Of a DNA stretch of 64,000 bases, positions 49,446 to 58,628 are shown one piece after another. Numbering within the stretch: the stretch's first letter is position 1; each line of letters starts with the position of its first letter. The notes below the pieces were generated by a model. It made no database searches. It worked only from the letters and a program-made list of their open reading frames with translations, and was not told the origin of the DNA. The translations under genes and the position numbers were made by a program. This stretch comes from a virus, in IMG/VR virus record IMGVR_UViG_3300020421_002402, positions 1-64,000 of that record; one strand, 5' to 3'.

Positions 49446-50861
49446 ATGCTATTCGGTATATTCACATTAATAACAGCCTTAGCCATTGCCGGAGTTGCGG
49501 CATGGTTTTCCATTGAAGGACTAATGGCAATTTTCAGTGCCTCAGCACTTCCTATTGCAATAATGGCTGGAACACTTGAAGTTGGTAAGTTACTTACTGC
49601 AAGTTGGCTGTATAGATATTGGCATGAAACTTCATTGCTATTAAAAACATACTTGTCCATAGCCGTGGTTGTTTTGATGTTAATCACAAGTATGGGTATC
49701 TTTGGATATCTATCTAAAGCACACTTGGACCAAGCAGGTGAAACAGGTGATGCTTTTGCAACAGTAGAAAGAATAGATGGACAAATACAAAGAGAAGAAA
49801 ACAAAATTGCACTACTCGAAGATAGAATATTAGGAGTAGGTGGTAGTATAGATGTTTCCGAAAGTATTAAACAACAAGAAGAAATAAGAGATGGTGCTTG
49901 GGCAAGAGTTCAAGGTGATATAGATTATGCAAATGGTCAAATAGATAGATTAAGAGACCAACTAGCAGTATTAGACAAAGCAGTAAATGACCTTAGAGAG
50001 AAAGGTGTTGAAGTTGTAACACTAGATGAAGGTGGTGCTTTTAGACAAGCAGAAACTGAAAAGATTGATTATGTAGCACAGGCAAATGAATTATTTGCAC
50101 AACAAAAAGAACAACGAGACGAAATTAGAGCAGATATACAAGTTCAACAAGACAACATTGACAAGTATAGAGCACAGGCACAGAAAACAATTGATGATGC
50201 CAATGCTGAAATTAATAAATTAAGAAATCAAAACAGCAGTCAACAAGATGAAAACATCATAAAGATAGATGAATACAATACACAAATTGATAGTATATTT
50301 GATAATATTGTAATATTAAAAGATGAAAAGTTTGAAGCAGAAAGTATTGTACGAAACTTAGAAAAAGAAGTAGGTCCTATTAAGTATGTTGCACAATTAA
50401 TATATGGCGACGATACAGAAAGTTATTTGGATCAAGCAGTAAGACTGTTTATTTTAATGCTAGTGTTTGTATTCGATCCACTAGCAGTTGTATTAATCAT
50501 AGCCGCTAACCAAACATTATTACGTTATGGCATTAACTTGGAAAAAACAGGACCTGATTTAAGAGACCAATTAAAAGACGATAGTCCTCCAGATTTACCA
50601 AGACAACCTAGTCCACCAAGTGCGGTTGATGATGCGGCAGATGTTATGTCAGGTTATAAACAACCTGCACCTATAATTGTAGAAAAAGAAGTTATCAAAG
50701 AAGTACCAGTAGAAGTCATTAAGGAAGTAGAAAAAGAAGTTGTTGTTGAAAAAGAAGTTGAAGCAGAAATAGATTTGAGTACACCTCCTGCTATTAAAGA
50801 ATTGGAAAAACGACTAGCAAAGAAACTGAAAAAAGATGGCAAAAAAGAAGATAACAGTTAA
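49446..50861 (+). CDS. Membrane-anchored coiled-coil protein
   Basis: N-terminal TMs, GIFGYLSKAH, EVGPIKY, VFDPLAV, VEKEV repeats. Confidence 0.7.
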   Translation: MLFGIFTLITALAIAGVAAWFSIEGLMAIFSASALPIAIMAGTLEVGKLLTASWLYRYWHETSLLLKTYLSIAVVVLMLITSMGIFGYLSKAHLDQAGETGDAFATVERIDGQIQREENKIALLEDRILGVGGSIDVSESIKQQEEIRDGAWARVQGDIDYANGQIDRLRDQLAVLDKAVNDLREKGVEVVTLDEGGAFRQAETEKIDYVAQANELFAQQKEQRDEIRADIQVQQDNIDKYRAQAQKTIDDANAEINKLRNQNSSQQDENIIKIDEYNTQIDSIFDNIVILKDEKFEAESIVRNLEKEVGPIKYVAQLIYGDDTESYLDQAVRLFILMLVFVFDPLAVVLIIAANQTLLRYGINLEKTGPDLRDQLKDDSPPDLPRQPSPPSAVDDAADVMSGYKQPAPIIVEKEVIKEVPVEVIKEVEKEVVVEKEVEAEIDLSTPPAIKELEKRLAKKLKKDGKKEDNS

Positions 50862-51618
50862 AGAAGCATTAAATGTATTAAATACAAAGTATGCTAACAC
50901 ATTAGAAATGTTAGATGATGCTTTGGATCAAATAGAAGATTTAGAAAACGAACTGGCTAAAAAGCCTAAGGAAGTGCAAGTTGAGGTCGAAAAGGTTGTC
51001 ACAGTTGAGAAGGAGATCCTTGTCCCAGAGGAGAAGTTGGTCACTATCGAAAAGGAGGTCCCAGGACCAGAACGAGTTGTCGAAGTGCCAGGACCAGAAC
51101 GAGTCGTCGAAGTCCCCGTCGAAGTAATTAAGGAAGTAGAAGTTATAAAAGAGGTAGAAGTGCCTGTTGAAGTTCCTGTTGAAAAGATAGTGGAAAAGAT
51201 AGTTGAAAAAGAAATTAAAATAGAAGTACCTGTAGAAAAAGTTGTAGAAAAACTTATACAAGGTCCTGAAAGAGTTGTTGTAAGAACTGACAATAGAGAA
51301 ATAGACAGACTTACAGCCTTAGTAGCAGAGTTAGAAAATAGATTAGAACAGAGACCTATCAAAGAAAAAATTGTTGAAGGTCCTAGACGTGCAGTCAGAG
51401 TAGAACTACCAAACACCGGTGACCTCAGGACTGCGGCAACACTTATAGCAAATAGTGAAATGAATATAAATGATTTATCCACAGATGAAATACTCAGTAT
51501 GTTGCAAGAATTAAGTGAAGAAGATGTAAATAAACAGTTGGGAGGTTTTTGGGCAGTCCCATTACCAAACGATACAGATGACGACACAACAGACACAAAC
51601 TATGTTACGAGGAAATAA
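50836..51618 (+). CDS. VEVP/EKIVE-repeat protein
   Basis: Extensive V/E/K/P repeats. Confidence 0.65.
   Translation: MAKKKITVKEALNVLNTKYANTLEMLDDALDQIEDLENELAKKPKEVQVEVEKVVTVEKEILVPEEKLVTIEKEVPGPERVVEVPGPERVVEVPVEVIKEVEVIKEVEVPVEVPVEKIVEKIVEKEIKIEVPVEKVVEKLIQGPERVVVRTDNREIDRLTALVAELENRLEQRPIKEKIVEGPRRAVRVELPNTGDLRTAATLIANSEMNINDLSTDEILSMLQELSEEDVNKQLGGFWAVPLPNDTDDDTTDTNYVTRK
51061..51114 (+). repeat. 27-bp tandem repeat (PGPERVVEV x2)
   Basis: CCAGGACCAGAACGAGTyGTCGAAGTs twice. Confidence 0.85.
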
Positions 51619-52886
51619 TGCCCGGTGATAAAGAACACGAACAAAATCTAAGTTGTAGTTTTTGTGGAAAAAAGCGAACTGAAGTAAAAAAGTTAATCGC
51701 TGGACCTAATTCATACATTTGTAATGAATGTATCAATATTAGTCACAAAATTATTAATGAAGAAGATTCATTAGAAGATTTAACCTTCGAAGATATACCA
51801 ACACCAGAAGAAATCAAAGCACACCTTGATGACTATGTTATTAGTCAAGAATATGCAAAAGAAATTTTGTCAGTCTGTGCATACAATCATTACAAAACAA
51901 TTTACAACGACAGTGATACTCATATAGAAAAAAGTAACATTGTTATATTAGGTAATACAGGAACAGGTAAAACACTTTTAGCAAAAACATTAGCAGAAAA
52001 ATTAAGTGTACCTTTTGCAATAGCAGATGCAACAACATTAACTGAAGCAGGATATGTTGGCGAAGATGTTGAAAGCATGTTAGAGAGATTACTTAATATG
52101 TGTGATTGGAATTTAGAATTAGCACAAAAAGGTATAGTGTTTATAGATGAGATAGATAAAAAGGCTCGTAAGGGCGAGTCTAACACCGGCACAAAGGATA
52201 TAAGTGGGCAAGGTGTACAACAAGCACTTTTAAGACTAATAGAAGGTACAGTAGTTAAAGTATCTTCAAATGGTTCAAAACGTATGGATCAATACGTTGA
52301 ATTTGATACTACTAATGTACTTTTTATATGTAGTGGTGCATTTGTGGGATTAGAAAAACAAGTAAACACAAAAGCAAACAAAAAGAATATTGGATTCAAC
52401 AAACAATTAAAAACACCAGCAAAGAAAAATACATGGCAACACAAAGTAGAGCATGACGATTTAATCACGTATGGTCTTATCCCTGAACTGGTTGGTAGAT
52501 TACCAAACATAGTTCCTTTAGAACCTTTAACACAATCTGATATGAAAACAATTTTGAAATCATCAAAAGCAAGTGTATTACCACAAGTTAAAAAACTTAT
52601 GGAGTTCGATGATATACAACTAGAATTTAATGATGAGTATATAGATGACATTGCCAAAATGGCTAGTAAAACAAAAACTGGTGCTAGGGGATTGAAATCT
52701 ATAGTAGAAAACAGTTTACATAATATAATGTTTAGGGCACCTAAACTAAAAGAAAATGGAGTTAAAACCGTACGTTTCAACAAATACCCTACAAAAGATG
52801 TTGACACTTACCCTGTTTTCATATATACTAACGGTAATGAAAAATCAGATAATGATTATAAAATAAAAATTAGAGGTAAAAGTTGA
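51618..52886 (+). CDS. clpX: ATP-dependent Clp protease ATPase ClpX
   Basis: CSFCGK zinc finger, GNTGTGKT, TEAGYVGEDVE, FIDEIDK, IGF loop. Confidence 0.95.
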   Translation: MPGDKEHEQNLSCSFCGKKRTEVKKLIAGPNSYICNECINISHKIINEEDSLEDLTFEDIPTPEEIKAHLDDYVISQEYAKEILSVCAYNHYKTIYNDSDTHIEKSNIVILGNTGTGKTLLAKTLAEKLSVPFAIADATTLTEAGYVGEDVESMLERLLNMCDWNLELAQKGIVFIDEIDKKARKGESNTGTKDISGQGVQQALLRLIEGTVVKVSSNGSKRMDQYVEFDTTNVLFICSGAFVGLEKQVNTKANKKNIGFNKQLKTPAKKNTWQHKVEHDDLITYGLIPELVGRLPNIVPLEPLTQSDMKTILKSSKASVLPQVKKLMEFDDIQLEFNDEYIDDIAKMASKTKTGARGLKSIVENSLHNIMFRAPKLKENGVKTVRFNKYPTKDVDTYPVFIYTNGNEKSDNDYKIKIRGKS

Positions 52887-53311
52887 ACAACAAATCACAA
52901 GGCAGACAACAAAGTCGAAAAATGACTCAGGGTTGGAATTCTCAAAAGAGAAAAGAGCAACCTAAAAAACCACAACACTATTTAGATAAATTTAGTGGGA
53001 CCGTAGAAGTACGAAACAACGACGTAAATAAGGCATTGAGAGTTTTGAAAAAGAGATTGGAAAAAGCAGAATTTCAGAAAGAATTGGCGAAGCAACAATA
53101 TTACGAAAAGCCTAGTGCAAAAAGAAATCGTAAAAAGAAGCAAGCCAAGAAGAGATGGGACAAGTATGTTAGAGAAGCCGAAGCAAGAGGTGATTTTAAA
53201 CAATACATGCCCACTGGTTCAAAATGGATGAAGTCCAAACGTAAAACAAGGCGAGTAAGAGAATACAACGAAAGGATAGCCGCCATGCAGAGAAGTCGTG
53301 GTAACTTCTAA
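52883..53311 (+). CDS. rpsU: Ribosomal protein bS21-like with extensions
   Basis: VEVRNNDVNKALRVLKK..YYEKPSAKR; start 52883 (TTG) or 52922. Confidence 0.8.
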   Translation: MNNKSQGRQQSRKMTQGWNSQKRKEQPKKPQHYLDKFSGTVEVRNNDVNKALRVLKKRLEKAEFQKELAKQQYYEKPSAKRNRKKKQAKKRWDKYVREAEARGDFKQYMPTGSKWMKSKRKTRRVREYNERIAAMQRSRGNF

Positions 53312-54081
53312 TGAGAGTGGTAGTCGTCAGTGGTGGTTTTGATCCACTGCATTCTGGACATATAGACTACTTAGAAGGAGCAAAACAATTAGGTGATAAA
53401 CTAGTTGTAGCACTTAACAGTGATGAATGGCTCACAAGAAAAAAAGGCAGGCCCTTTATGCCTTTCGAAGAGAGGGCAAGAATTCTAGAAACAATGGACA
53501 TGGTAGATAATGTTTGGGGTTTCGATGATAAAGACGGCTCAGCAGTTGTGGCTCTGGAAAATGCCAAGAAGGCATATGAACACGCAGAAATTATCTTTTG
53601 CAACGGAGGTGATAGAACAAAAGATAACATTCCAGAAATGATTGTTGAAGGCGTTGAATTTGTGTTTGGTGTTGGAGGTTCCAACAAATCAAACAGTAGC
53701 AGTTGGATACTAAAGGAATGGCAATATCCAACTACTAGAAGAGTTTGGGGCGAATTTAGTGATTTGTTCCAAGATGAAGTAGTTAAAGTAAAGGAGTTGA
53801 TAATTGAACCAGGGAAAGGTATAAGTTATCAACGGCACTTTAAAAGAAGTGAAATTTGGTTTGTCAGTAAAGGAGAATGCGAAGTAAAGTATAGTGCTAG
53901 TAATCCAGACAACTTTACAAATATAATTCTTAAACAAGATGATAACTTTCATGTAAAAGCAAATGAATGGCATCAAATTGTTAATAGAACTGATAAGCCA
54001 TGTCACATAATTGAAATACAATATGGCGATGAGACCAGTGAAGATGACATAGAACGTCTTCAATATTACAACGGAGAATAA
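53311..54081 (+). CDS. Cytidylyl/adenylyltransferase fused to mannose-6-phosphate isomerase-type cupin
   Basis: SGGFDPLHSGH, NGGDR; RVWG, SYQRHFKRSEIW, EIQYG. Confidence 0.85.
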   Translation: MRVVVVSGGFDPLHSGHIDYLEGAKQLGDKLVVALNSDEWLTRKKGRPFMPFEERARILETMDMVDNVWGFDDKDGSAVVALENAKKAYEHAEIIFCNGGDRTKDNIPEMIVEGVEFVFGVGGSNKSNSSSWILKEWQYPTTRRVWGEFSDLFQDEVVKVKELIIEPGKGISYQRHFKRSEIWFVSKGECEVKYSASNPDNFTNIILKQDDNFHVKANEWHQIVNRTDKPCHIIEIQYGDETSEDDIERLQYYNGE

Positions 54082-54521
54082 TGGAATTGAAAGAATTAAA
54101 CCAGGGCAGAGCATGTGAGATACTTAATTCTATAGTAGAATATGAAATGGCTGGAGTTGTTAGATACGCACACAGTTCGTTAATGATTACAGGACCTTAT
54201 AGGATTCCTATTGTTACATTTTTACAAGAACAAGCAAACGAAAGTCTAGCACATGCCTTACAAGCCGGAGAACTAATTACGGGCTTAGACGGGCATCCTA
54301 GTCAAGTTATAGCACCAATTGAAGAATCACATGACCATAGTATTGTTCAAATACTTCAAGAAAGTTTAGAACATGAAACTCATGCAGTAAATTTATATAA
54401 AGAATTACTTTCTGAAGTAGAAGGTGCAAGTATATATTTAGAAGAATATGCTAGAGGGCAAATTGGACAAGAAGAACAACACGCATTAGAAATCAAAAAG
54501 ATGTTAAAGGACTTTGCATGA
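54081..54521 (+). CDS. Bacterioferritin/ferritin-like protein
   Basis: E..ESLAH..E..EEQH ferroxidase-type ligands. Confidence 0.8.
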   Translation: MELKELNQGRACEILNSIVEYEMAGVVRYAHSSLMITGPYRIPIVTFLQEQANESLAHALQAGELITGLDGHPSQVIAPIEESHDHSIVQILQESLEHETHAVNLYKELLSEVEGASIYLEEYARGQIGQEEQHALEIKKMLKDFA

Positions 54522-54964
54522 GACTCAGTTATAAAGATTGTGGCAAAATAGGATTTACATGTAGTACATTCGATTTGCTACATGCAGGACACATCACAAT
54601 GCTTGAAGAAGCAAAAAGACATTGTGATTTTTTGATAGTAGGATTGCAAACAGATCCTACAATAGACAGACCAGAAAATAAAAATCCGCCAGTACAAAGT
54701 TTAATAGAAAGACAAATACAGTTGGCGGCTGTAAAATATGTAGATGAAATAGTATGTTATGCAACAGAACAAGATTTAGAGGATTTACTTTTAACACTTC
54801 CTATAAATGTGAGAGTGTTAGGAGTTGAATACAAAGATAAACAATTCACTGGTAAGCAAATTTGCAAAGACAGGAATATTAAATTAGTATTCAATGGCAG
54901 AGACCATAGTTTTAGCAGTACCAGTCTCAGACAGAGAGTTGCAGAGCATGAAAAATCTACTTAG
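54518..54964 (+). CDS. TagD-like cytidylyltransferase
   Basis: STFDLLHAGH, RDHSFSST. Confidence 0.85.
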   Translation: MRLSYKDCGKIGFTCSTFDLLHAGHITMLEEAKRHCDFLIVGLQTDPTIDRPENKNPPVQSLIERQIQLAAVKYVDEIVCYATEQDLEDLLLTLPINVRVLGVEYKDKQFTGKQICKDRNIKLVFNGRDHSFSSTSLRQRVAEHEKST

Positions 54965-55373
54965 ATTATTAGAAAGGTTTGATAGAAAACGAATTATATT
55001 GGACCGAATACACCAAGAACCATATCTAACTAGGTATTATCTATTCCTAAAAGATAGAAAATGGTTTCCTTTTAACTTTTTCCTACATAATTTTCATAAA
55101 GGTGATCCAGATGACCTACATGACCACCCTTGGAGTTATTTCACAATCATACTAAAAGGTGGATATTGGGAACATACACCCAAAGGAAAATTTTGGCGTA
55201 AAGCAGGAAGTATGAGATTTGCTGGTAGTAAGTCATTACACCGTATAGAATTAGAGCCTAATGTTGATGTTTGGACATTATTCTTTGTAGGACCACGTGT
55301 TAGAGAATGGGGTTTTATCAAGAAAAACAAGTGGATACATAATGAGACGTATTTATTGTCAAAAAAAGGTTGA
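54948..55373 (+). CDS. Cupin-like hypothetical protein
   Basis: LHDHPW..GGYWE..HRIEL; start at 54948. Confidence 0.6.
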   Translation: MKNLLRLLERFDRKRIILDRIHQEPYLTRYYLFLKDRKWFPFNFFLHNFHKGDPDDLHDHPWSYFTIILKGGYWEHTPKGKFWRKAGSMRFAGSKSLHRIELEPNVDVWTLFFVGPRVREWGFIKKNKWIHNETYLLSKKG

Positions 55374-55397
55374 CATTGATACTAAAAGAAGTATAAT
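55370..55397 (+). promoter_or_regulatory. sigma70-type promoter
   Basis: TTGACA-N16-TATAAT. Confidence 0.75.
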
Positions 55398-55454
55398 AGT
55401 GTATAAGTTAAGGAATTGTCCTTAACACAATCGACAATGTATATAGGAGGTCAT

Positions 55455-55715
55455 ATGACTACTACATTCGTAAGCAAAGAGCAGAAAGTACTTTCAGCTC
55501 TACAAGAAGGCAGAACATTAAGTTCAGCTCAAATGAAAGCACATTTTGGTGCTGGTAACCCACAAGCAGTGATTCAATCACTTCGTTTCAAAGGTTATTC
55601 AATTTATCTTAACACAGTAACTGATACTAAAGGTAGAAGCAGAAACGTTTATCGTTTAGGTACTCCTTCAAGAGCAGTTATTGCCGCAGGATACAAAGCA
55701 CTTGCCACTTCTTAA
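55455..55715 (+). CDS. Small HTH-like DNA-binding protein
   Basis: AGGAGG SD; IQSLRFKGYSIY..YRLGTPS. Confidence 0.65.
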   Translation: MTTTFVSKEQKVLSALQEGRTLSSAQMKAHFGAGNPQAVIQSLRFKGYSIYLNTVTDTKGRSRNVYRLGTPSRAVIAAGYKALATS

Positions 55716-55745
55716 GTAGCAAATAACCGACCACGGTTAAGTAAA

Positions 55746-55771
55746 AGCACACCTTCGGGTGTGCTTTTTTT
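55746..55771 (+). terminator. Intrinsic terminator with UUCG loop
   Basis: AGCACACC-TTCG-GGTGTGC-T7, identical to 45014-45040 (-). Confidence 0.85.
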
Positions 55772-56100
55772 ATGATTGATTGAAAACACATATGGAAGAA
55801 AGAACACAAACAAATAATCATTAATATTGTGTTCGGCGTTTATTGTTGTTTTGTTGGATTAGACGTTGAAATAATGCATTCAAGTAGACGTAGAAGCAAC
55901 ACAGGCAATCTAATAGAAGAGAGTGTTGTTGATGAGTAACACTTTTTTCTAATGGTATTCCTATTACCTAAACAAAATTCAAACACATTTATTAGATAAG
56001 TATAATTCTCCAATCGAAAAAGACACACTTTTTGATTCCATATAACTAGAATATTGTTAATAATCTGTGGATATCTTGTTGATATTTATTGGATAAAAGG

Positions 56101-56129
56101 TTGACATATATTCCTACTTTGTGTATAAT
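56101..56129 (+). promoter_or_regulatory. sigma70-type promoter
   Basis: TTGACA-N17-TATAAT. Confidence 0.8.
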
Positions 56130-56205
56130 AATAGATTACTGTGACAAAACAGGCAGTTTTTCTGTCTGTGTTTATCAGTAATATAATAATAAGAAGGAGG
56201 ATTAA

Positions 56206-56850
56206 ATGAAAAATTTAATCAGTATTGAGAATGGATATAAGGCTTTAGTAGTTTTACTATTGTCTATTATGGCATTCGGAGCCCAAGCGGCTTCAGTGAG
56301 TGGAAATGTTGGTTACGGAAGTGATTACATTTTCAGAGGTCAATCTCAAACACAAGGCGATAGTGCATTGTCAATGGGTCTACATGTAGACGCAGGAGCA
56401 GGCGTATATGCTGGAGTTTGGGCATCGGAAGTTTCATATGCTGGCAGTAATGCTGACAGAGAAACTGACATGTATGTAGGTTGGGCAGGAGCAATCGGAA
56501 AAGACTTTGGTCTTAACGTGGCTTATATCGACTATGCATACAGTGGTGATGCTTCTTTAGACGGTTCAGAGATTTTTATCGAAGGATCATATAAAGATTT
56601 GACTATATCTCACAACATCGGAAACGATGACTTCAACGACTACACAGAAGTCTCATATAACATAATGAACGCAGTTGATGTGTCTTATGGTTCATGGGAT
56701 AATGTAGGCGACAACTGGTCAGTAAGTAGAAGTTTTGAATTACCTATGGGTATTGAAGGAACAGTTGCTTATGTAGACTTTGCCGCTGAAGACGGCTCAG
56801 GACTTGCAGACGAAGATACTTTTGTATTTTCAGTTAGCAAATCATTCTAA
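56206..56850 (+). CDS. TorF-family putative porin
   Basis: Signal peptide (AQA), SDYIFRGQSQT, C-terminal Phe. Confidence 0.8.
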   Translation: MKNLISIENGYKALVVLLLSIMAFGAQAASVSGNVGYGSDYIFRGQSQTQGDSALSMGLHVDAGAGVYAGVWASEVSYAGSNADRETDMYVGWAGAIGKDFGLNVAYIDYAYSGDASLDGSEIFIEGSYKDLTISHNIGNDDFNDYTEVSYNIMNAVDVSYGSWDNVGDNWSVSRSFELPMGIEGTVAYVDFAAEDGSGLADEDTFVFSVSKSF

Positions 56851-56894
56851 GTAATTAGAAGTCCTTTACGTTATTAATAACTTTGGATAGGGTT

Positions 56895-57146
56895 TTATTT
56901 TATATAGGACCCTATTCTTTTATAAAAGTTCATAACAAATAAATTTAATTTTGGTTTTTCCCACATTCTTTCATGCCAATAGTATAGAACCATTTTAGTT
57001 AATACTTCTATACTCGCAATACTGGCACCAATAGCCGCACTACCTGTTAATAAGAAACTGATTAAAAAAGTATCAGCAGATGCTAATACACGCCATGTAC
57101 AGGCTTTTAATGTCGAGATAATTCTATGTCGCTTTCTCGTATTCAT
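56895..57146 (-). CDS. DUF2061 membrane protein
   Basis: KACTWR..YYWHERMW. Confidence 0.8.
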   Translation of the reverse strand: MNTRKRHRIISTLKACTWRVLASADTFLISFLLTGSAAIGASIASIEVLTKMVLYYWHERMWEKPKLNLFVMNFYKRIGSYIK

Positions 57147-57208
57147 GTTACACTCCCTTCAAGTATTCACAGGGAGGGCGAATACAAGATGTTTTTCGAT
57201 ATATGGAT

Positions 57209-57445
57209 TTATAGTACTCTAGTGTTGTCTTTGGATTCTATAAACTGTTGTAGTATGTCCGCTTTTTCGTTTTTTATAACATCTATTATTGTGTTGGTTA
57301 GATTTATTTCCTTTCTAACCATTTGCATCTTGAACATGAGTTCCTGCATTACTTTTTGATAGTATAACAGTTCTTCTTCTTTCGCTTCTTTATCCTTTAT
57401 TAAATCGGATATTAGAATTATTCTAGCAAATTTGTCCTGTTGCAT
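57209..57445 (-). CDS. Hypothetical coiled-coil protein
   Basis: TATAAGTA late-like box upstream. Confidence 0.55.
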   Translation of the reverse strand: MQQDKFARIILISDLIKDKEAKEEELLYYQKVMQELMFKMQMVRKEINLTNTIIDVIKNEKADILQQFIESKDNTRVL

Positions 57446-57571
57446 ACAATTACTTATACCTACTAAAAGGCCCAGTTATAATAGTGTTTTATAAAAAAAT
57501 AAAAAAAAGATTGCAAAAAAGGTTGATTTTTGCCAAAAAAGTACTATATAATGTATATAGATTATAAATAT

Positions 57572-57860
57572 CTTTGCATTTTAAGAAATAAAGGAAGTGC
57601 AAGGGCGATAGAATCGTAAGAGACTAAAGTCTACTGTACAACTGCTATAACTAAAAATGCCGTGTATAATCAACTAAGGAAAAATACACAAGGTTTAAGG
57701 ATCGTAAGTGAAATAGACCGAATGGCATTAGTACTAAGAAGGCTATACATGATTGGGTCCACCAACAAAGGACCGGAGATGGTAACATCAAAGGAAACCA
57801 AGAAGATGGACAAGTGTCGTGAGGAGATACAGACACATACTAACAGAAACGACCTCACAA
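57572..57860 (+). ncRNA. Candidate large structured RNA
   Basis: About 10 complementary segment pairs forming junctions and a pseudoknot, downstream of TATAAATA 57563. Confidence 0.5.
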
Positions 57861-57865
57861 TGCGA

Positions 57866-57934
57866 CCTTTTAATTCGCCAAATGGGTTTTGAAAGGATGA
57901 GAAAGAATAACTTGCTATATAGGAGATTATTATG
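57866..57934 (+). promoter_or_regulatory. ROSE-like RNA thermometer
   Basis: CUUGCU pairs with AGGAG SD with bulged G; upstream hairpin CCTTTTAA/TTGAAAGG; precedes sHSP. Confidence 0.7.
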
Positions 57935-58372
57935 AATAAGCAAATCCGATTCACTACCGAATCACTTTCCCCACTATATAAAATGTCCGTAGGCTTTGAC
58001 AGACTTGCAGAGCAGTTTTTTAACGATCCTACGTTCACTAATAACGCAACAGGGTATCCACCCTTTAACATCAGCAAAGGCAAAGATGACATTTATGAAA
58101 TTACTTTAGCCGTTGCAGGTTTTAAGAAAGATGACATCGAAATTGAAATTGAAGATGGTACTTTGAAAATATCAGGTACATCTGCAGTATTAGATTCAGA
58201 TGAAATCGAATATCTTCACAAAGGTATTGCTGAAAGAAACTTTACTAGAACATTCAAACTAGCAGAGTTTGTAGAAGTAAAATCAGCAAAACTAGAAGAT
58301 GGTATTTTAAGAGTTTCATTATACAGGAACGTACCTGAAGCAATGAAACCACAAAAGATTAAAATATCATAA
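57932..58372 (+). CDS. Small heat shock protein Hsp20 (IbpA-like)
   Basis: GFD, YPPFNI, LAVAGF, YLHKGIAER.F.R.F.L, DGIL. Confidence 0.93.
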   Translation: MNKQIRFTTESLSPLYKMSVGFDRLAEQFFNDPTFTNNATGYPPFNISKGKDDIYEITLAVAGFKKDDIEIEIEDGTLKISGTSAVLDSDEIEYLHKGIAERNFTRTFKLAEFVEVKSAKLEDGILRVSLYRNVPEAMKPQKIKIS

Positions 58373-58390
58373 TCCTTGCGGTAAATATGT

Positions 58391-58420
58391 GGGTAGCAGT
58401 ATTTTCTGCTACCCTTTATT
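58391..58420 (+). terminator. Hairpin/terminator after hsp20
   Basis: GGGTAGCAG/CTGCTACCC followed by TTTATT. Confidence 0.6.
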
Positions 58421-58423
58421 ATT

Positions 58424-58627
58424 ATGGCAAAGAAAGACAAAAGAAAAACATTATTGTATTTGATTCCAGAAGGTGAGACTAGAGATAGTCACACATATCA
58501 TTATACATTTGTCAAAACAAAAAACTTGACAATTGATAATAAGAAGTTAAAATTAAAGAAGTATAATCCAGTCAAAAGAAAACACGAATGGTTTATAGAG
58601 GCTAAGTTACCACCACATAGTAAATAA
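58424..58627 (+). CDS. rpmG: Ribosomal protein bL33 (no Cys, zinc-free type)
   Basis: YHYT..K..KLKLKKYNPVKRKHEWFIE. Confidence 0.8.
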   Translation: MAKKDKRKTLLYLIPEGETRDSHTYHYTFVKTKNLTIDNKKLKLKKYNPVKRKHEWFIEAKLPPHSK

Positions 58628-58628
58628 T

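Noticed and set aside
57572-57892. tmRNA, RNase P RNA or ORF 57662-57892
   Set aside because: No T-arm/CCA tRNA-like ends, no GAGGAAAGUCC; the ORF has a GTG start without SD and no recognisable motif
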